DNA from: Ruditapes philippinarum | Taxonomy: Eukaryota | NCBI RefSeq assembly: GCF_026571515.1 | Contig: NW_026856503.1 | Coordinates: 62,001 to 126,000, forward strand | Direction of reading: 5' to 3' | Length of the DNA stretch: 64,000 nucleotides | In this document: piece by piece, positions 12,419 through 27,000 of the stretch | Position numbering within the stretch: the first letter of the stretch is position 1 | Layout of the letters: every line of letters starts with the position of its first letter | Position numbers and translations under genes: made by a program | The notes under the pieces: generated by a model | Databases searched by the model: none | What the model was told of the DNA's origin: nothing | Seen by the model: only the letters and a program-made list of their open reading frames with translations

Positions 12419-14689
12419 GTATGCAGTCGGTCACAACTTCCGTTTGTTTGTCGCCCATACATAAAATGACTCCCTGCACATGATGTATCTTTTTGAACAC
12501 GTGTTTTATCGTGCTCACCACTTAATCACGTTTTCATGACGTTTTCATGACGTTGAAAGGCCCCTGTTTAGTGCCAATTCCGTCAGAGAGACTACTCTTG
12601 GAGGTACTTGAAAATACGAGCAAAATTGTCAGTACTTCTAATGATATTGAACACGCCGTGTGAATAATGTAATAACATTTGGTGGTGTAGGTTTATCAAG
12701 TTTTTAATTATAGCTCAATCAGTGTTTGTTGTACTGTCAAGGTCGGGTTGTGTTATATAAGCTGCTCACAACTATTACTGATAAACTTAAATGTGCTTTT
12801 ATAAAAAACCGAAAGTCTTGGAAATATGAAAAATCCCCTTATTCCCTTATTCGAAATTTCCATAACTGATACAGTTAACTGATACAAACAGATCAAAGAA
12901 ATCATACATATATAATGTACATTTGTGTTCAGAAGTTTCTATAAATCTTGCTTTCATTGCTTTCTGTCAAATAACAACAATTCAGTCGTCTTAATCGGTA
13001 AATTATTCGCAGGCCTACATTTTGTTCTTATGATATACCATATCATACATATGATAACTATACGATACCGTTACATGTTATAAACACGGACTTTCGAAAA
13101 GCATTTGTGTTCACACATCACAATGTCTGATAATTTCCTGCAAGTAGGTCATTATTCTGGCAAGTAATAGGAGAAGTGCACTTACTAGTATCACATAACG
13201 CTCATTCTCAATAAAACACAGCATTTGGTGTTCCACTGGGTAGCTCTTATACGACGGTTTTCCTGAGGTCAAAATGTCTTTAGAAGGGCGGCTACCACTT
13301 TGTCTAATAGGGACCTTCTCAGTTTTACACTTTTATCTGGCATTTTTCTTTTACAAGTGCCATTAATGCATACATTACTGTCGCCACCTAGAATTTTCAA
13401 CTTTGAAATTGTGTTTCAGAAAAATAAGTTCTAGTAAAAACGAAACATGTGTTATAAGTCATTGCTGCAGGAATATGCACTTTGATTATTAGTAAAATTA
13501 TATTTGACTGTTAAAACCTCATTAATATCATGGATGATCAAATGTCGCCAAATGCGTATAAATAAATAGTAACAAACTTCAAACAATTAGGAGCGAAACA
13601 GAAATTACACAATTTAGGTTGATGTACCAGCAGAAATGTTAAAATATATAACAAGATATTGAAGTTCTCAACAACAACTAATTCGTTTCTGCAAAGAGCT
13701 TACTCGCCGTATTTCATTCTATAGATAATTATGATAAAATAATATCCAAAAATATAAATTAATTTACAAAAACTAAATTGTTTTCTTAATATTTACTTGA
13801 ATTTGAATACAATGAAACATACGTGACATGTTACATGTGGATACATATAGAACTGCTTAGCAATAAATTTTCCGAATGTGAAGAAAGTGGAAAGTTGATT
13901 ATTTTGAAAAAAAGGTTGCTATATACAACATTTGTATATGCATTCGACATCTCATATATTATATATGATATATATCCTTTGAATGAAGACATAAAATAAT
14001 CATTTCCAAAATTGACTCCTTTTGCTTTACTGTGAAGAAATAAACAGAAAATTAGCGAGGTACCCAACTTTCTTGAATTTTCCTGGGTTAGAAAGTCACT
14101 CCAGATAGAGAATTTACAGATTTTGATATATTTTACAGACAGATGTTATTAATAGGCAGCCAATATGTTACATTATTAGATCTGAAATCTACGTTACCGA
14201 GGAAATACAGTTTCATTGCCGAAATAAATGTCATCCTGTTATATTATAGTTTCTTGTTGAAAATATTTCTGGCAAACTTGCAAAATACCCTCAACTTTTA
14301 CTTCAGTGACATAACAATATTTTAACGCTGATTACTCGTATGCTAAAACTAAAGAAGTGAAAGAAATTTACATGTTTTCCTTTCACCACCGTCTGCATAA
14401 TCATCGAGTGAATTCAATCACGTCACAATATCCGTTATGATACAGATTCACTTGTTTATTTTGCATTTCGTTTGATTCAGCAATGTTTTGAGAAAGCCCC
14501 CAACCTGAATGCAAATTGGGGAAGGAAAGCATGTACCCCTCCCCCTTCTATACCACGGTATAACAAATTTATGGTCATTCAAAGGTCAGACATTTTACAT
14601 TGGTCACTTTGACATGGCAGATGCTATAGGTACTGCATTTGAGTGAAGCAGAGATATGGAGGTTATGGTGGTGCAAAAGCGAGTGGTCA

Positions 14690-15170
14690 ACAAACACCGT
14701 GAGGTTGCTGTGGCGCTTGGTGTACACTTCGACATTATCATGAGAGCCTGGACAAGATACCAGCAGTGTGATACACCCGTCAGAAGGCATGGTGGAGGCA
14801 GACAAAGGGTGACGTTAGCTGCTTAAGACCAATTCTTGATTATCCAGACTCATCCAGATCAAGGACGATTTGCAACAGTAAAACATCATTGTAATGACCT
14901 TAATCCTTCTGGAGTCAATGTTTGTACATGTATTAAGATGTAGCGTAAAAGGTCATCTGCGTCAAGAAGACCCTGTATAAGAATTCCATTGACTCGTCGT
15001 CACTACAAGTCGCACTTGGAATGGGCAAGGGAACATGTTTGGTACACCAGAGAGGCCAGAAACTCGCTCTCTTCACTGAAAGTCAAGGTTTTGCATAGAA
15101 TTAACGGACAGACGTGCGAGAGTCTGGAAATACCTGCCAAGCGGTTGTCTTTAGCAATGTGTCACACACA
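14690..15170 (+). mobile_element. Degraded Tc1/mariner-like transposase remnant
   Basis: PLTRRHYKSHLEWAREHVW resembles the Tc1 LT..H...RL.WA..H..W segment; frameshifted; a shorter relative lies at ~4360-4600. Confidence 0.5.
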
Positions 15171-15175
15171 CGCTA

Positions 15176-16021
15176 CAGGTCCTGTGTTCACTAAGAAAAG
15201 ATCAGAATGAGGATGAAGTGATCCTGATTTTTTCCATTGTTTTATGTTACTAAAATTAATCGTGTTTTGCTAGAATTAAATGGTAAATATTCAAAATTAA
15301 AAAAAATTGCTGATTTGCAAAGAAACCATTTTGGGATAAAATCAACAAATAACAAAAGAGTGCCTTTAAGTGAATGCTTGCAGCTACTGATAAATTACAA
15401 AATATATTCATAGATATTTCCTTAGGTCATGTGAGTTATTAATTTATTTTTAGGTCATGCGAGTTATTAATTTATTTTTGCACAGGAAAACAATAACAAC
15501 AAAATGTTTAGCTCTATTAATTTTTATCTACAAACACTCAACAGGTACACTTATAATTTACACTTGGAAGGGCATAATATCACTTTAAAATGTTTGTTTA
15601 AGCCCAACTAAAGAAATTGCACCATAATTTGAAATGGATTGAAATTTATACAGGTTTAGATTTATTAACAAAGTTAAATTGGTCAGTCTAAATTTAATTT
15701 TGTAAATACATGTACATACTAATAAATTTTAACCACTTAAAAAAAACAAATAACAAAACAAATACAAAATAACCGGATCAAAATAAGGATTATTTTTAGA
15801 ATCAGGATCAATATTTGGTTCAACTGTAAAATGCCGGTATCTTGCAAATATAACAATAAATTTATTCTAAAATTTTATAAAATTGCTATTGGACAAGTCC
15901 AGTTTTATCAAATTAAGATTAGATATTTAATCTATGAGGATAAAAATGAAGAATATTAGAGTTTTTAAATTTTATCCTGATCTTGATCCTGATCCTTAAA
16001 TCTTTGTGAATATCGGGCCTG
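15176..16021. mobile_element. Possible TIR non-autonomous element specific to unit 2
   Basis: CAGGTCCTGTGTTCACTAAGA at left and TCTTTGTGAATATCGGGCCTG at right are imperfect inverted repeats with GATCAG/CTGATC subterminal motifs; TSD unclear. Confidence 0.4.
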
Positions 16022-18244
16022 AGTAACTTGTAAATCATGAATGAGCTTGTGAAACTTTGGAACACAAGTTGCGTGACCAAAAATCTTAGATGTAGAGGTC
16101 TTCTCTTACACATACCTAATGCAAATCTGTAAAAAAATGTTTAATTGTCCTTCATTTAAATTGATTAAACATGAAATTTATATCAAAAATCTTTTTGTAC
16201 GACGGTTATCAAATTATTGCCGTAAATATTCACACCAAAAACAGTTGGTGCGGTAAAGGTTGAATAGTATACATGTATTTTGTTATTATAACAATGTGTT
16301 ATACAATGTAATTTACAAACAGTCGCAGAGGTACAGTGCGAATGACCATAGAGAGGATTTCATGATCAATCACAACGAAAATTGTTGTTTTTCCACTTTA
16401 TATTTACCCCCCACCTTGACCCCTCTCCCATACAAACATGCAGGTACATGGAAATTACAATTTTAAAGTAAATCTATAATTTCTATACAATTTCAGCAAA
16501 TATCAACCAGGAAGTGAAAGTACATTAATCCATTTATATCTTAACGATCAAATTACGGATGAAAAGTTTGGTTAAGGCTAACGGAAAATATCTAATCCTA
16601 ACAAACGGGTATAATTGTTGTATTGAAGAAAAAAAATCAGAGTAATATGATACTAGTTTATGTTAAAGGCCCATTATGCACAATAAATGCTTTTATAATT
16701 ATTTCTAAAACCAACCTTAAAAGTAAAAAGCTTTTTATTTTTGGAGTACTTGTATAGTTTCCAAAAAGATACTCATTGGCCAATTACCTGACCTTACTTT
16801 ATCTTCTTTTGCTATTTGGCAATTGGTCTTGTTACAGTGATTTAGTATCTTGTATGGAAGTCAAAATACTACTTTGTTTACATTTTGCTACTTTTATGGC
16901 AAATAATTTTACATTTACTTCTACTTTCTTCAAGTACATGTATCAAGCATGTATAACAGCTCTAAATTCATTATATAAATGTTGAAACACTCATGTTTGC
17001 CCTTTCCAGGGAAGTAAAACTTTGTTTGTTTCTGAGGCATAATGTGCCTTTAAGGTATTTGAATGTTTTTTAAGTGCAAGATGAGCTCCTGTGATTGCAA
17101 TTCTTTCTGTATATATTGTCAATACTCTATGCGGCAAGAGATGTTTTAATCGCTATTAAATATCTTCATAAATTAATTTGATTTGATCTATCTTTGATAA
17201 TATAAAATCACATTTTCACATCCATTAAAAACTGAATTAGCTTTATAGTAAACATACTTTCTTTAATATATAATAAGAAATATTTCAATTATCTTCAAAG
17301 TAGATAAGAACATCATTTTAAATATAAATTACATGTACTAGTATATACAATTTTAATCTTTAGCCCCACTTGTCGAAGGCGTCGGGAATGGCGTCGGCGT
17401 CGGTTAACATTTTGATAAGGTCTAATTTCTCAGCAAATGTTAAAACTATTAACTTTAAACTAAGTATGCATTTTTATTGAAATTCATGTTAAGACACGTT
17501 TAAATAATTTAAACCGGCCCGTTTCATTATCATAATATATTTAGAAAGCTATACATCTATTGCAAAAATTATTGTTCGAATTATAAAGAAGAATACTATG
17601 AAAGAAATATGGTTGTAAAATGCCTTAAAATAACTAAATATTATTTCCGTGACGTTTTATTTCGTTTACGTACAATATACATGTGTGTTAAATGACGGAA
17701 ACATTCTTTCTTACTACACTTTCAAGAATCAACCATAAGATAATTGAAGTAAAATTGTTTTACTGTTGATATTTAAAGATCATGTAACACATATTTTATG
17801 GTTTTAAATCATAAATATGATGCTCAAATTTAGATTTATCAATATTGTAGGTTCCAAAAAGCATTATTTATAAAGATATTATCGAATTTAAAATTTCATG
17901 TAAATAAAGGGAGGTAATAAAAACTTTATTTTCTATCAAGTTTAAGTCAAATTTTACAATAAGAAATGAATGCGTATATTTCAATGTTTACATATAATAT
18001 GCACAAATATTTGCAGTAGTACATATTTTACACATTCTTCAATGTTTAAAAATTGTTTTATTTGCATAATTATGTGCACATATATAATTTCACTTAATGT
18101 GGTTTACCACATTGATCAAAACTTACAGGATTTTTTTTATACAAAAATGTAATAAGATATAGCGTTATACCCTTTAACATAAATAAATTAACATGGTAAG
18201 TGAAATTCAATCAAAGCAATGATAAATACTTCAGAGTATAGTCC

Positions 18245-20472
18245 TCACTTATTTTTGAATTCAATCAGGTCAAGTATAGACCTGCTCACATGCTCCCAAG
18301 ACGTTTTAAGAACTGGTTCCCCATTTTCTAAGCTCCAAAGAATTCTAGCGTTTCTCTTGAACAAAGTTTTCATAACCGGAACCTTTTCCATGTCCCCTTC
18401 TTCTACATCCCATGCCTATAAGCTTGGTTGACCTCACTACAACTGTAATTGCTATTGATGAAGTTGTTAGATACGACAACTGTCATCACCGAAGCTTCCT
18501 CTATCAGTTTGTCTATTTCGTCATGAAGATGGAACCCAGGACGAAAATTGAAATCTCCTGTACATACCAATTGTCTATCTATCCCCGTCATTAACTTCAA
18601 GTTTTCGTCCAGTTGTTGAAGAATATTTGTTTTAACAAATTCCTCGTCGTCACTAGAATACGATAAAAACAAAGCGAATTTAGACCGACCATCCCCTTCC
18701 CATAAATTATTTATCACTTTGGCTGTTTTTCTTTCCTTTTGGCTTCTTTTGTATCGTTTGTACATTACCGATACGATAACAAGACCCAAAAGAAGCAATG
18801 TGGCTGTCGCGGTGCAGGAAGAAATAATAATTGTTCTCCTTTTACATATATTTTGTACCATTTCCAAAGTATTTTTATTTATGTCGTATTGTTTGTCATT
18901 TTCACCTTCACATTTCAGTTGTTGTAATGTTATATTGATCAGACTTGTTGTCAAAATCCATTGAAGGGAAGCTTTTGCGTTACAGACTGAGCAGGAAATT
19001 GGATTCGACTGCAAAAGTACGTTTGTTTTAGACTCGCGAACGTTTCTGCTCCATGATATTGTATTTAAAAGATTAATCGAATCAAAATTCAAAACATGAA
19101 TGTTGTTATTTTTCAGATTAAGGATTTTAAGTTTATCGAGGCTTCTTAAATCAAAGTTTATCTGTTCTAATATATTATAGGAAAGATCAATTTCTTCAAT
19201 CAATGGATTGTCCTTGAAGACGTCACGAGGAATACTATGGAAACCGTTTTCTGAAATCCGAACTATCCTAAGATATTCTAGTTGTGAAAACAGGTTTTGG
19301 AACATAGATTCATTTTCAGTTACCATTTTAAACAGCTGATTTTTTGACAAGTCTACACTAGTTATGTTTCCAAGACAAGATAAGATTGTTGGATGTAAAA
19401 ACTCAAGTCCATTGCCAGATAGGTCAATCGTCTGAACTGATGAAAAACAAAATTGTTCACAAAATATTCGAACATCAAGTCTCTTTATTTTATTTTGCCC
19501 AAGTCTAATGTTTTTTACAGATAACATAGGGTCTTCATCTACTATCAATGTAGAATTATAGAGCCACAAAGAGCCTATATGGTGTAGGACATCGCTTAGG
19601 TTTACAGTTTCAATTGCTAAGAAACTCCTTAGGTCTTTCAAAGCTCGACTGTTAGAGAAAAATAATTTCTGGTTTCTGCTTACGAATCTTCCTGGAACAA
19701 ATGGTACTGCTTTCAAAGGTAAAGTTGTATGTGATACATCAAGAATCTTAACGAGCTTAGTGTCATCGCGTGTTAGACTGTAGTCAGCCCAATCACTTAT
19801 TATCGCATATGAGGCATTAACTTCTCTCAAATGCTTGAGTTTTTTAAAAACCTCATTCCAGTCGATAAAGTACAGCTGCGATTTACTTACATCTATGGAA
19901 CTGATCTTCCTCGGAAGAAGAGTGTCTACGAAGTCGCTATCAAATGCGAAACCACCTTCATACAAATTCCAGTTCGAAAGAATAATATTCTCCAATTTTG
20001 GTAAAATATCTAGCCCTTTTAAAGCCAATTTTAAACTGTCTATGTTCAATTTGATGCAACCACTTAGATCAAGGGTTTTAACATTTTGTAATCCAAAAAA
20101 AGTTTGTGGGAATAATTCCGGATACCATATATGAACATGTAATGCAAGCAGGTTTTGAAGATTGGCAAAGGACTTGTCACTTAATACGACAGGAGTACGA
20201 TCATTAGGATGATTATCTGTCACCTTCAAACTGTTTAATCCTCTCCAGCTGTCCGCAGCAAAGGCTGATGAATTAAATATCCATGCGCCAGGTGTCTCTA
20301 TTTCTAAACGAAATTCTAAAATTCCTGTCGGGATATCTTTCGGTATATGATTACATGTTATGATTGCGTTTGTATTTTGTCTACATGACAAAGTACTCAG
20401 AGCTCCGTTTATTACAGAAACGTACAAAATCACAGTGAAAAATAAAGTTAAAACCATTTTCCTGTTTTGCAT
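18245..20472 (-). pseudogene. Toll-like receptor, copy 2: intact ectodomain and TM, TIR truncated by a 28-bp deletion (689-aa ORF ends at 18403)
   Basis: Very similar to copy 1; lacks TTTCTATAAACATAAGAACAATTGGTAT at ~18408, giving a premature stop; the ancestral C-terminus and stop (18245-18247) are still recognisable. Confidence 0.85.
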
Positions 20473-21330
20473 GCTTTCAAGAAACGCGAAATTTCACGAT
20501 TGAATAAAATGTGACCGAGCTTACAAGTATTTCAATAGTTTAAGATTTCAGTTTTCAATGAAGTCTATAAAGCACAATATTTAAACAAGTTTACTTCCTG
20601 TTATGGTAAGTAAGGTACAAGTTAAAATATATAGACTCCCAAGTAAGGTACATGTACAGTCATTGGAAGAAATATAGGATCAAAAGACACGGTACTGTAT
20701 AAATGATATAAACCACCTGATTAATTGATCGAATGAATGGAGAGATATCTATTAGAAATCGACAAATTTAAATCTTATTAATTATACAACTAAACTGAAT
20801 TTTAACTACTGAATTTCAAAATGGATGGCAATGTAATAATCGATTTTGAATATTTAAAGGTACATAACTCATATGTAGTTTAAGGTGGACACTACAGTTG
20901 CATATAGCCATACGACAGATCAGAAGTTTATGTAAATTTTGTATGATAATAGATGAATATATAACTGATAATATGAACATTTTAATTGAAAAGTATTTTG
21001 ATCACCTACCTCATTTTCGAGTTTTTTTTTTTGTTTTTGAGGTTTTTTTTCGTGTGCATTCATGTCATTTTAAGGGCAATCTGACAAACCTTACCTTTAT
21101 TATTGGTTTTATTCGTGGCTATAACACTAAAGTCCACACATTTCCATAAAGGATTAGTGTTTGCTTTATTCTGTATAAAGACAACAAATAACAAGGGAAA
21201 TCCATGTACATATAGATAGTAAGCGTGAAAGCGGCATAATATTTTGTATATAATAATAGCAAATAATAAATTGTTCTAGAGCACATTATCATTATTTATC
21301 ATGTAAACGTTTAAACTAAATCACATATAC

Positions 21331-21373
21331 CTGGTCGCAAACGCACTATGTTGGTTTTTTCGTGACGCGGCTC
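21331..21373. mobile_element. Partial (one TIR end) copy of the GAGCC-MITE
   Basis: CTGGTCGCAAACGCACTATGTTGGTTTTTTCGTGACGCGGCTC. Confidence 0.8.
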
Positions 21374-22227
21374 ATATATTCTGTTGTTTTATCAATATTT
21401 TATCAATATTAAAAGGGTTTGAGGTTTTTTTAACATGATAGGACTGAAAATATTTTTTCCAGATAAATGTACCATTTGATGTAGGTTTAGACCACTAATC
21501 TTTGTGCAAAATTTCAGATCATTCGCGCACCTTGTTTTTCCAGAATAATTATTCTTATTGCAAAACAAAATTTTTCACTCAAATCGGGCTAAGAAAAGCA
21601 TAAAAATACGATTTTCAATTTATTTCAAAGTATATTTCTTAACTTTCTTTGCATATATTTCTGTATAAAGTGTCCCAGCTCATTTATGTTAGAAATTAAA
21701 ATGTAATGTTTATAGGCTTTTAAACCTCAGTGGAGTCCTAAGTACTTTGAAAATATATTCCTTATAGATCTATACACGGAGACTGAAAATTCTAAAATAA
21801 AATTGGATTAAACGTAAAGAAACATCTTCCATTTTCTTAAAATAAATAAATATGTGGTTTCGTGTATTTTTTTTCTTCCAATTTTACTCATTTCGCAGTT
21901 ATTAATTTACATGTACCTTTATGCTACCAAAATTATCAGTCACCTTGATGAATCATACGTATACAATACATACTAAGCCGTTTCAAGAGCATTTTTTGCT
22001 TAACTTTCTAAAAAAATCAGTGATGTTCTTCGTATTCAGAAGGGCCCGAGTTAACGTTGCATAATTATTTTTGTAACTTTTCTTTAATATTATTTTTAAC
22101 ATTTGGTTAAAAGACAAAACTTTTATCTAATTGAAACTGTATTTTTTTTATTAACTGCATAGTTTCTATAGTGTTTATAGTTTATCCCTGCTACGAGTAA
22201 AATGAATGGATATTCGTTTTTACATAT

Positions 22228-22452
22228 GTGCCGCGTCACGACAAAACCAACATTATGGGTTTGCGATCTAGATCAGCCTGCGCATCCGCGCAGTCTGATC
22301 AGGATCCGTGCTGTTCGCTTACAAACCCTATTACAAGTAGAGAAACTGATAGCGGAAAGTATGGATCCTGATCAGACTGCGCGGATGTGCAGGCTGGTCT
22401 GGATCCATGCTGGTCGCAAACCCATTATGTTGGTTTTGTCGTGACGCGGCTC
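22228..22452. mobile_element. GAGCC-MITE, ATAT TSD
   Basis: Same family; ATAT on both sides. Confidence 0.9.
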
Positions 22453-23419
22453 ATATATGAATTCAGATATATTTTGATTAATTCACTAATAATTTGCTCC
22501 TGAGATTTATAAAACCTTTACTTTTCAGTGTCATTTTCCGACAATTATATATACTAAAAATAATTATAGTAATTATATTGTCATATTTTCTTTCTCCCTT
22601 TGATATATCAATTTGAAACTAACACGCCTAATTGCTAATATTTACATGACTATTTATCTAAAATAAAGATATATATCTTGCGCAATATGTTTCTCTTTCA
22701 TATTTGAGTTTCTGATATAATAAAAATCAGGTATTTGTCCGATATCAAATAGTAGCATTAATTATATAGTCTCTATCAATAATCAAGGACAACGGGTGTT
22801 AGGAATCGGGTGAACTCTCAGTTAATATATTTAATCTCTTGGATCAACTTCTTACTCATTGATATTATTGTAACGAATGGCCAGGGTTAAGCCTCCTTGA
22901 ATAGCAAACAAAAGAATAGACGCTCGTTCAAGATAACGTACAAATAGTTCCGATTTCAGACCATGGAACTTGTAATTAATGAATTAGCCCAAAAACTAAT
23001 TGAGAATGTTGTAAAACTTCATCTTAAACATCTGTAATGGAAGCTAAAGAATCAAGTAGCTTTGAACAAATAAATTATATTGGTCAAGATCGGCACAGTT
23101 GAAAAAAAAAATCAAATGATAAAGAAAAATAAAATGGTGAATAAACTGACACAGAAAGTGACTATGACGTTCTACATAATTTGTAGCTCTACTGTTCTTA
23201 AAACAAGTTAAACCTTGTAATTAAAAGTTGCCATGTTGAGCCTCGTATGATTTTTTTCTTTTCTTTTTGTGGAACAAAAGGCAAACATTAAAATAAAATT
23301 CAATCAATTCAATTGAATTAAAATAAAAAGATGTCACTAAAAGCATCATTTCATTTTAATTTATACCTTGTTTTATAATCATAATAACTTTGTATCAAAC
23401 CTTCAGTATATCAGCAGGA

Positions 23420-23420
<1 letters not shown>

Positions 23421-23458
<38 letters not shown>

Positions 23459-23500
23459 ACAAACAACAACATCAAAATAACAAGAAAACAACAACAACAA
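23421..23500 (+). repeat. (CAA)n microsatellite
   Basis: Direct inspection. Confidence 0.9.
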
Positions 23501-24063
23501 AAGAAACAACATTAAAAAAGAAAGGAAAAAGAACTACATAATAAGTCAGTTTGTTGTACATGTTTTAACACTTTCAGCAGAACAGATCATAATTTATTAT
23601 TCAGTTAGACTTGAACATAACAGTTCCTCGTCATTACTCAAACGTACCAAATTAAACAAAAAAACTTAAAATTGATAACTGCTTTAGTTACAGAAAACAA
23701 ATTTTTTACCTAAACATAGTCCATTTTACATCTTTATAAAAGTTTACATGTCTTTAACACCCGCATGTTTTGAATTTCTTGCTACATAAGTTCAAAAAAC
23801 AACAACATCATCAAAAGAAAATACAACGTTACTGTCCGTATCGTAAATATTTATATCATAAAAGCATTTCTGTCTGTGCCTTTAAGTAGAGCGGTAATGG
23901 ACTATATGGTATATCTAGTAAAGAAACATAGAACTTTAACTTTCAAAGCCTAGCCTTGTCACAAAGAAATTTGACACTGTTTACAGGTCCAACAATGTTA
24001 GGCTGAAAATATTTTAATGCTTTGAATGTACACTTTATTTAAAAAAATCATTATTGTAACAAA

Positions 24064-27000
24064 ATGTTACAGGCACGCATGATTTTTGTTTGTTTCACTT
24101 TGTGCTTTTTGAACAGTGTAACATCGGAATATGCACCGACGGGATGTGACCTAACTGGCGGGGGAACTGGTAAAGCCACTTGTGACTTTGCCAGCTGGAG
24201 TCCGCCGCTTGACGAGGGAGACTTTGGACCGGGGGATGTTTATCAAATTATTGTTGAAAATGTGGACGGAACTATACCAAATCAGGTATGAAACCTTTTA
24301 TAATAATATATTCTCCGTTTTTATCAATTTGACTAAATGAATATTAATAATGTAATTGACCAACTAATTAATAAATCAATAAAGATTGATCAATTCAAAC
24401 ATACAAGTTAATAAATTGAGATTTATATTGTATAACAAACAAGCGTTCAGTGTTATAATGCACGTAACTAAAACAATATTTACACAGGACAAAACATACG
24501 TAATATATGCATGTAATCAAAAACACCTAACATTAATAATAATTGATATAAATAATAAAAAATGCACTTCGATTTGTTTTATAATTTCTTCAGGCGTTCA
24601 GTGGAATTGACGACAACAAAAATACAACAAAAGACACCGGGATAAAGTTTGAGTGTACTCTAGAAAATATCTTACTGTCACCGGAAGTATTTACCCCTAA
24701 TCTGAGCTGGATGAAGTATCTTACTTTTAAGAATTGTTACGTTCAAGATGGTAACTGTCTATAGATAATTAAATATTGCAAATTTTTTTTCAATTGGGCA
24801 TATAGTATGTTAAAGAATCGTACGTTGAATATTGCTTTAATTTATTCCTTTGTGCCTTTAGTATAATGAGAACCGTGTATTGAATAGTGCTAGAATTTTT
24901 TCCATTGCGCATGTAGTATTATTAAGACTCGTACATAAAATATTGCTGTAATTTAATAAATTAAGGTGCGAATTTAGTTTTATAAAGAACTGTACGTTGA
25001 ATATTGCTAGAATTTATTCCATTGCGCATTTACATGTGTAGTTTTATAAAGACTCGTACGTTGAACATTGCTGTAATTTAATAAATTAAAGTGCGTATTT
25101 AGTTTTATAAAGGAACGTACGTTGAATATTGCTAGAATTTATTCCATTGCGCATTTACATGTGTAGTTTTATAAAGACTCGTACATTGAATATTGCTGTA
25201 ATTTAATAAATTAAAGTGCGTATTTAGTTTTATAAAGAAATGTACGTTGAATATTGCTAGAATTTATTCCATTGCGCATTTACATGTGTAGTTTTATAAA
25301 GACTCGTACATTGAATATTGCTGTAATTAAATAAATTAAGGTGATAATTTAGTTCTATATAGAAACGTACGTTGAATATTGCTAGAATTTATTCCATTGC
25401 ACATTTTGTGAGAACCGTGCCTGGAATGTTGCTACAACTATTTCCATTTCACATTATGTATTATATGTAATTGTTTATTGAATATTGTTATAATTTATTA
25501 CATTGCGCATTATGTATAATATGTTTGAATGGTCATACATAGAATATTGTTATAATTTATTCCATTGCACATTTAGTACCATAAAGATTTGTACATTTTC
25601 TTTATAAAGGAGGCATTCCTATGTGCGTGCATTTCTAGTTTGAGAATCCTTAATCAGAGAATAAATTTTTTTCAACAGTCAGACTTGTTACAGAATACCG
25701 AAAAACTAATATAATTATTATAGAGAATGTCGTGACTGTGAGGCTATTAACTTCATAATTACTTAGGAACTGAAAACATTTCTTCGATTTCTTTTTTTTT
25801 AATTTCAAAAAAGTGTTCGAGCTATTTCCTTAATCCTTTACCGATTTTTAGTGAGTACATACATCAGAAACGTATTTATTCATTACATTTAAACATAAGC
25901 AAATTTTGAGTGATTGTTAGCGGATGAAGGTCTTTAAAACTAAGGCGGAAAGTTTTTTTCTTTATCACGCTCGTTGTATTATTATTATTTCACAGGTATT
26001 TCGAGTGGAATGCTTTCAAACATGACTGGTCTGGAAGAGTTTACAGTTGACGGAGGTATCATAGGTCCCCTCTCATCAGACGTGTTTTCTGGATTAACAA
26101 ATCTTGTAAAGATAATAATAAATGCTGACTTTCTAGATGCTGATATACCTGCTGGGCTTTTCACAAGCCTTAGTGCGCTACAAGAAATAGATTTGAGATC
26201 CTCAGGCATCTCAAGTATATCAGCAGACACTTTTACCAATTTGGCACTTCTTACAAAAATTGACCTCTCGGAAAACTCGCTTACAACATTACCGGAAGGA
26301 ATGTTTACGTCGCTTATATCATTGTCAACAGTGGAACTTGGCACAAACTCATGGGATTGTACATGTGATTTGGCTTGGCTATCTACGTGGTCACTTTATA
26401 CAGGTATGGTATATAATATCAATATAAAGAGAGATCATTACCAGAAAAATAATAAATTAATTTTTCGAATCCGATTCAGTATGTTTGACGATTTTTCCTT
26501 ATAAAATAAAAAATACGCTCATGACGTTGATTTTTTTTCAATAACATTAATTTAGAAGATCACGTAAAAGTTGCAATTTTGAAATCTCTCATTTTCGTAT
26601 GTTCATGTTCATATTAATCCATTTACTATAAAGAATATATATCCATTACCTGTAAGGCTTAAATACGGTGGCTGATTTGGAACACTTTTTTGTCGTGTTG
26701 TAGCTAGCGACAGCACGAAAAAGCGCAAAACGGCACGTTGTCCCATTGTCGTCTTGTCGACCTATCGCTAACGATGGAGGCCAAACGCCGCGTTGTCGTG
26801 CGTACTTTTAGTATATATATAAGCCAAGCGACAGGACGACAACGAGCCGCCAGATAACGCGCCGTTTGGCGTGTTTCGCTTGCGACAAGATGACAGTGCG
26901 ATAATGCGCCGTTTGACCCATTTCGCTAGCGACAAGACGAAGGGGATAACGATATAGGTTGTGTTGTCGCTATCGAAAAAGTAGAAATATTAATTTTCTC

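Larger units (their letters stand above)
11998..21930. repeat. Tandem segmental duplication, unit 2 (contains TLR copy 2)
   Basis: Colinear with 701-11190. Confidence 0.9.

Noticed and set aside
16776-16985. ORF sharing MEVKILLCLH.ATFMANNF with 62735-62965
   Set aside because: An interspersed repeat in opposite orientations; frames are not conserved beyond a short stretch.
701-21930. TLR duplication as an uncollapsed-haplotype assembly artefact
   Set aside because: The units differ by several independent TE insertions and many substitutions and have a defined junction, so a real duplication is more likely. Read depth would settle it, given high heterozygosity in such genomes.
22202-22444. 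Recurrent small ORFs of the MDPDQTARMRRLVWIHAGRK type (also 30854, 31718, 50611, 55725)
   Set aside because: Chance translations of the palindromic MITE.
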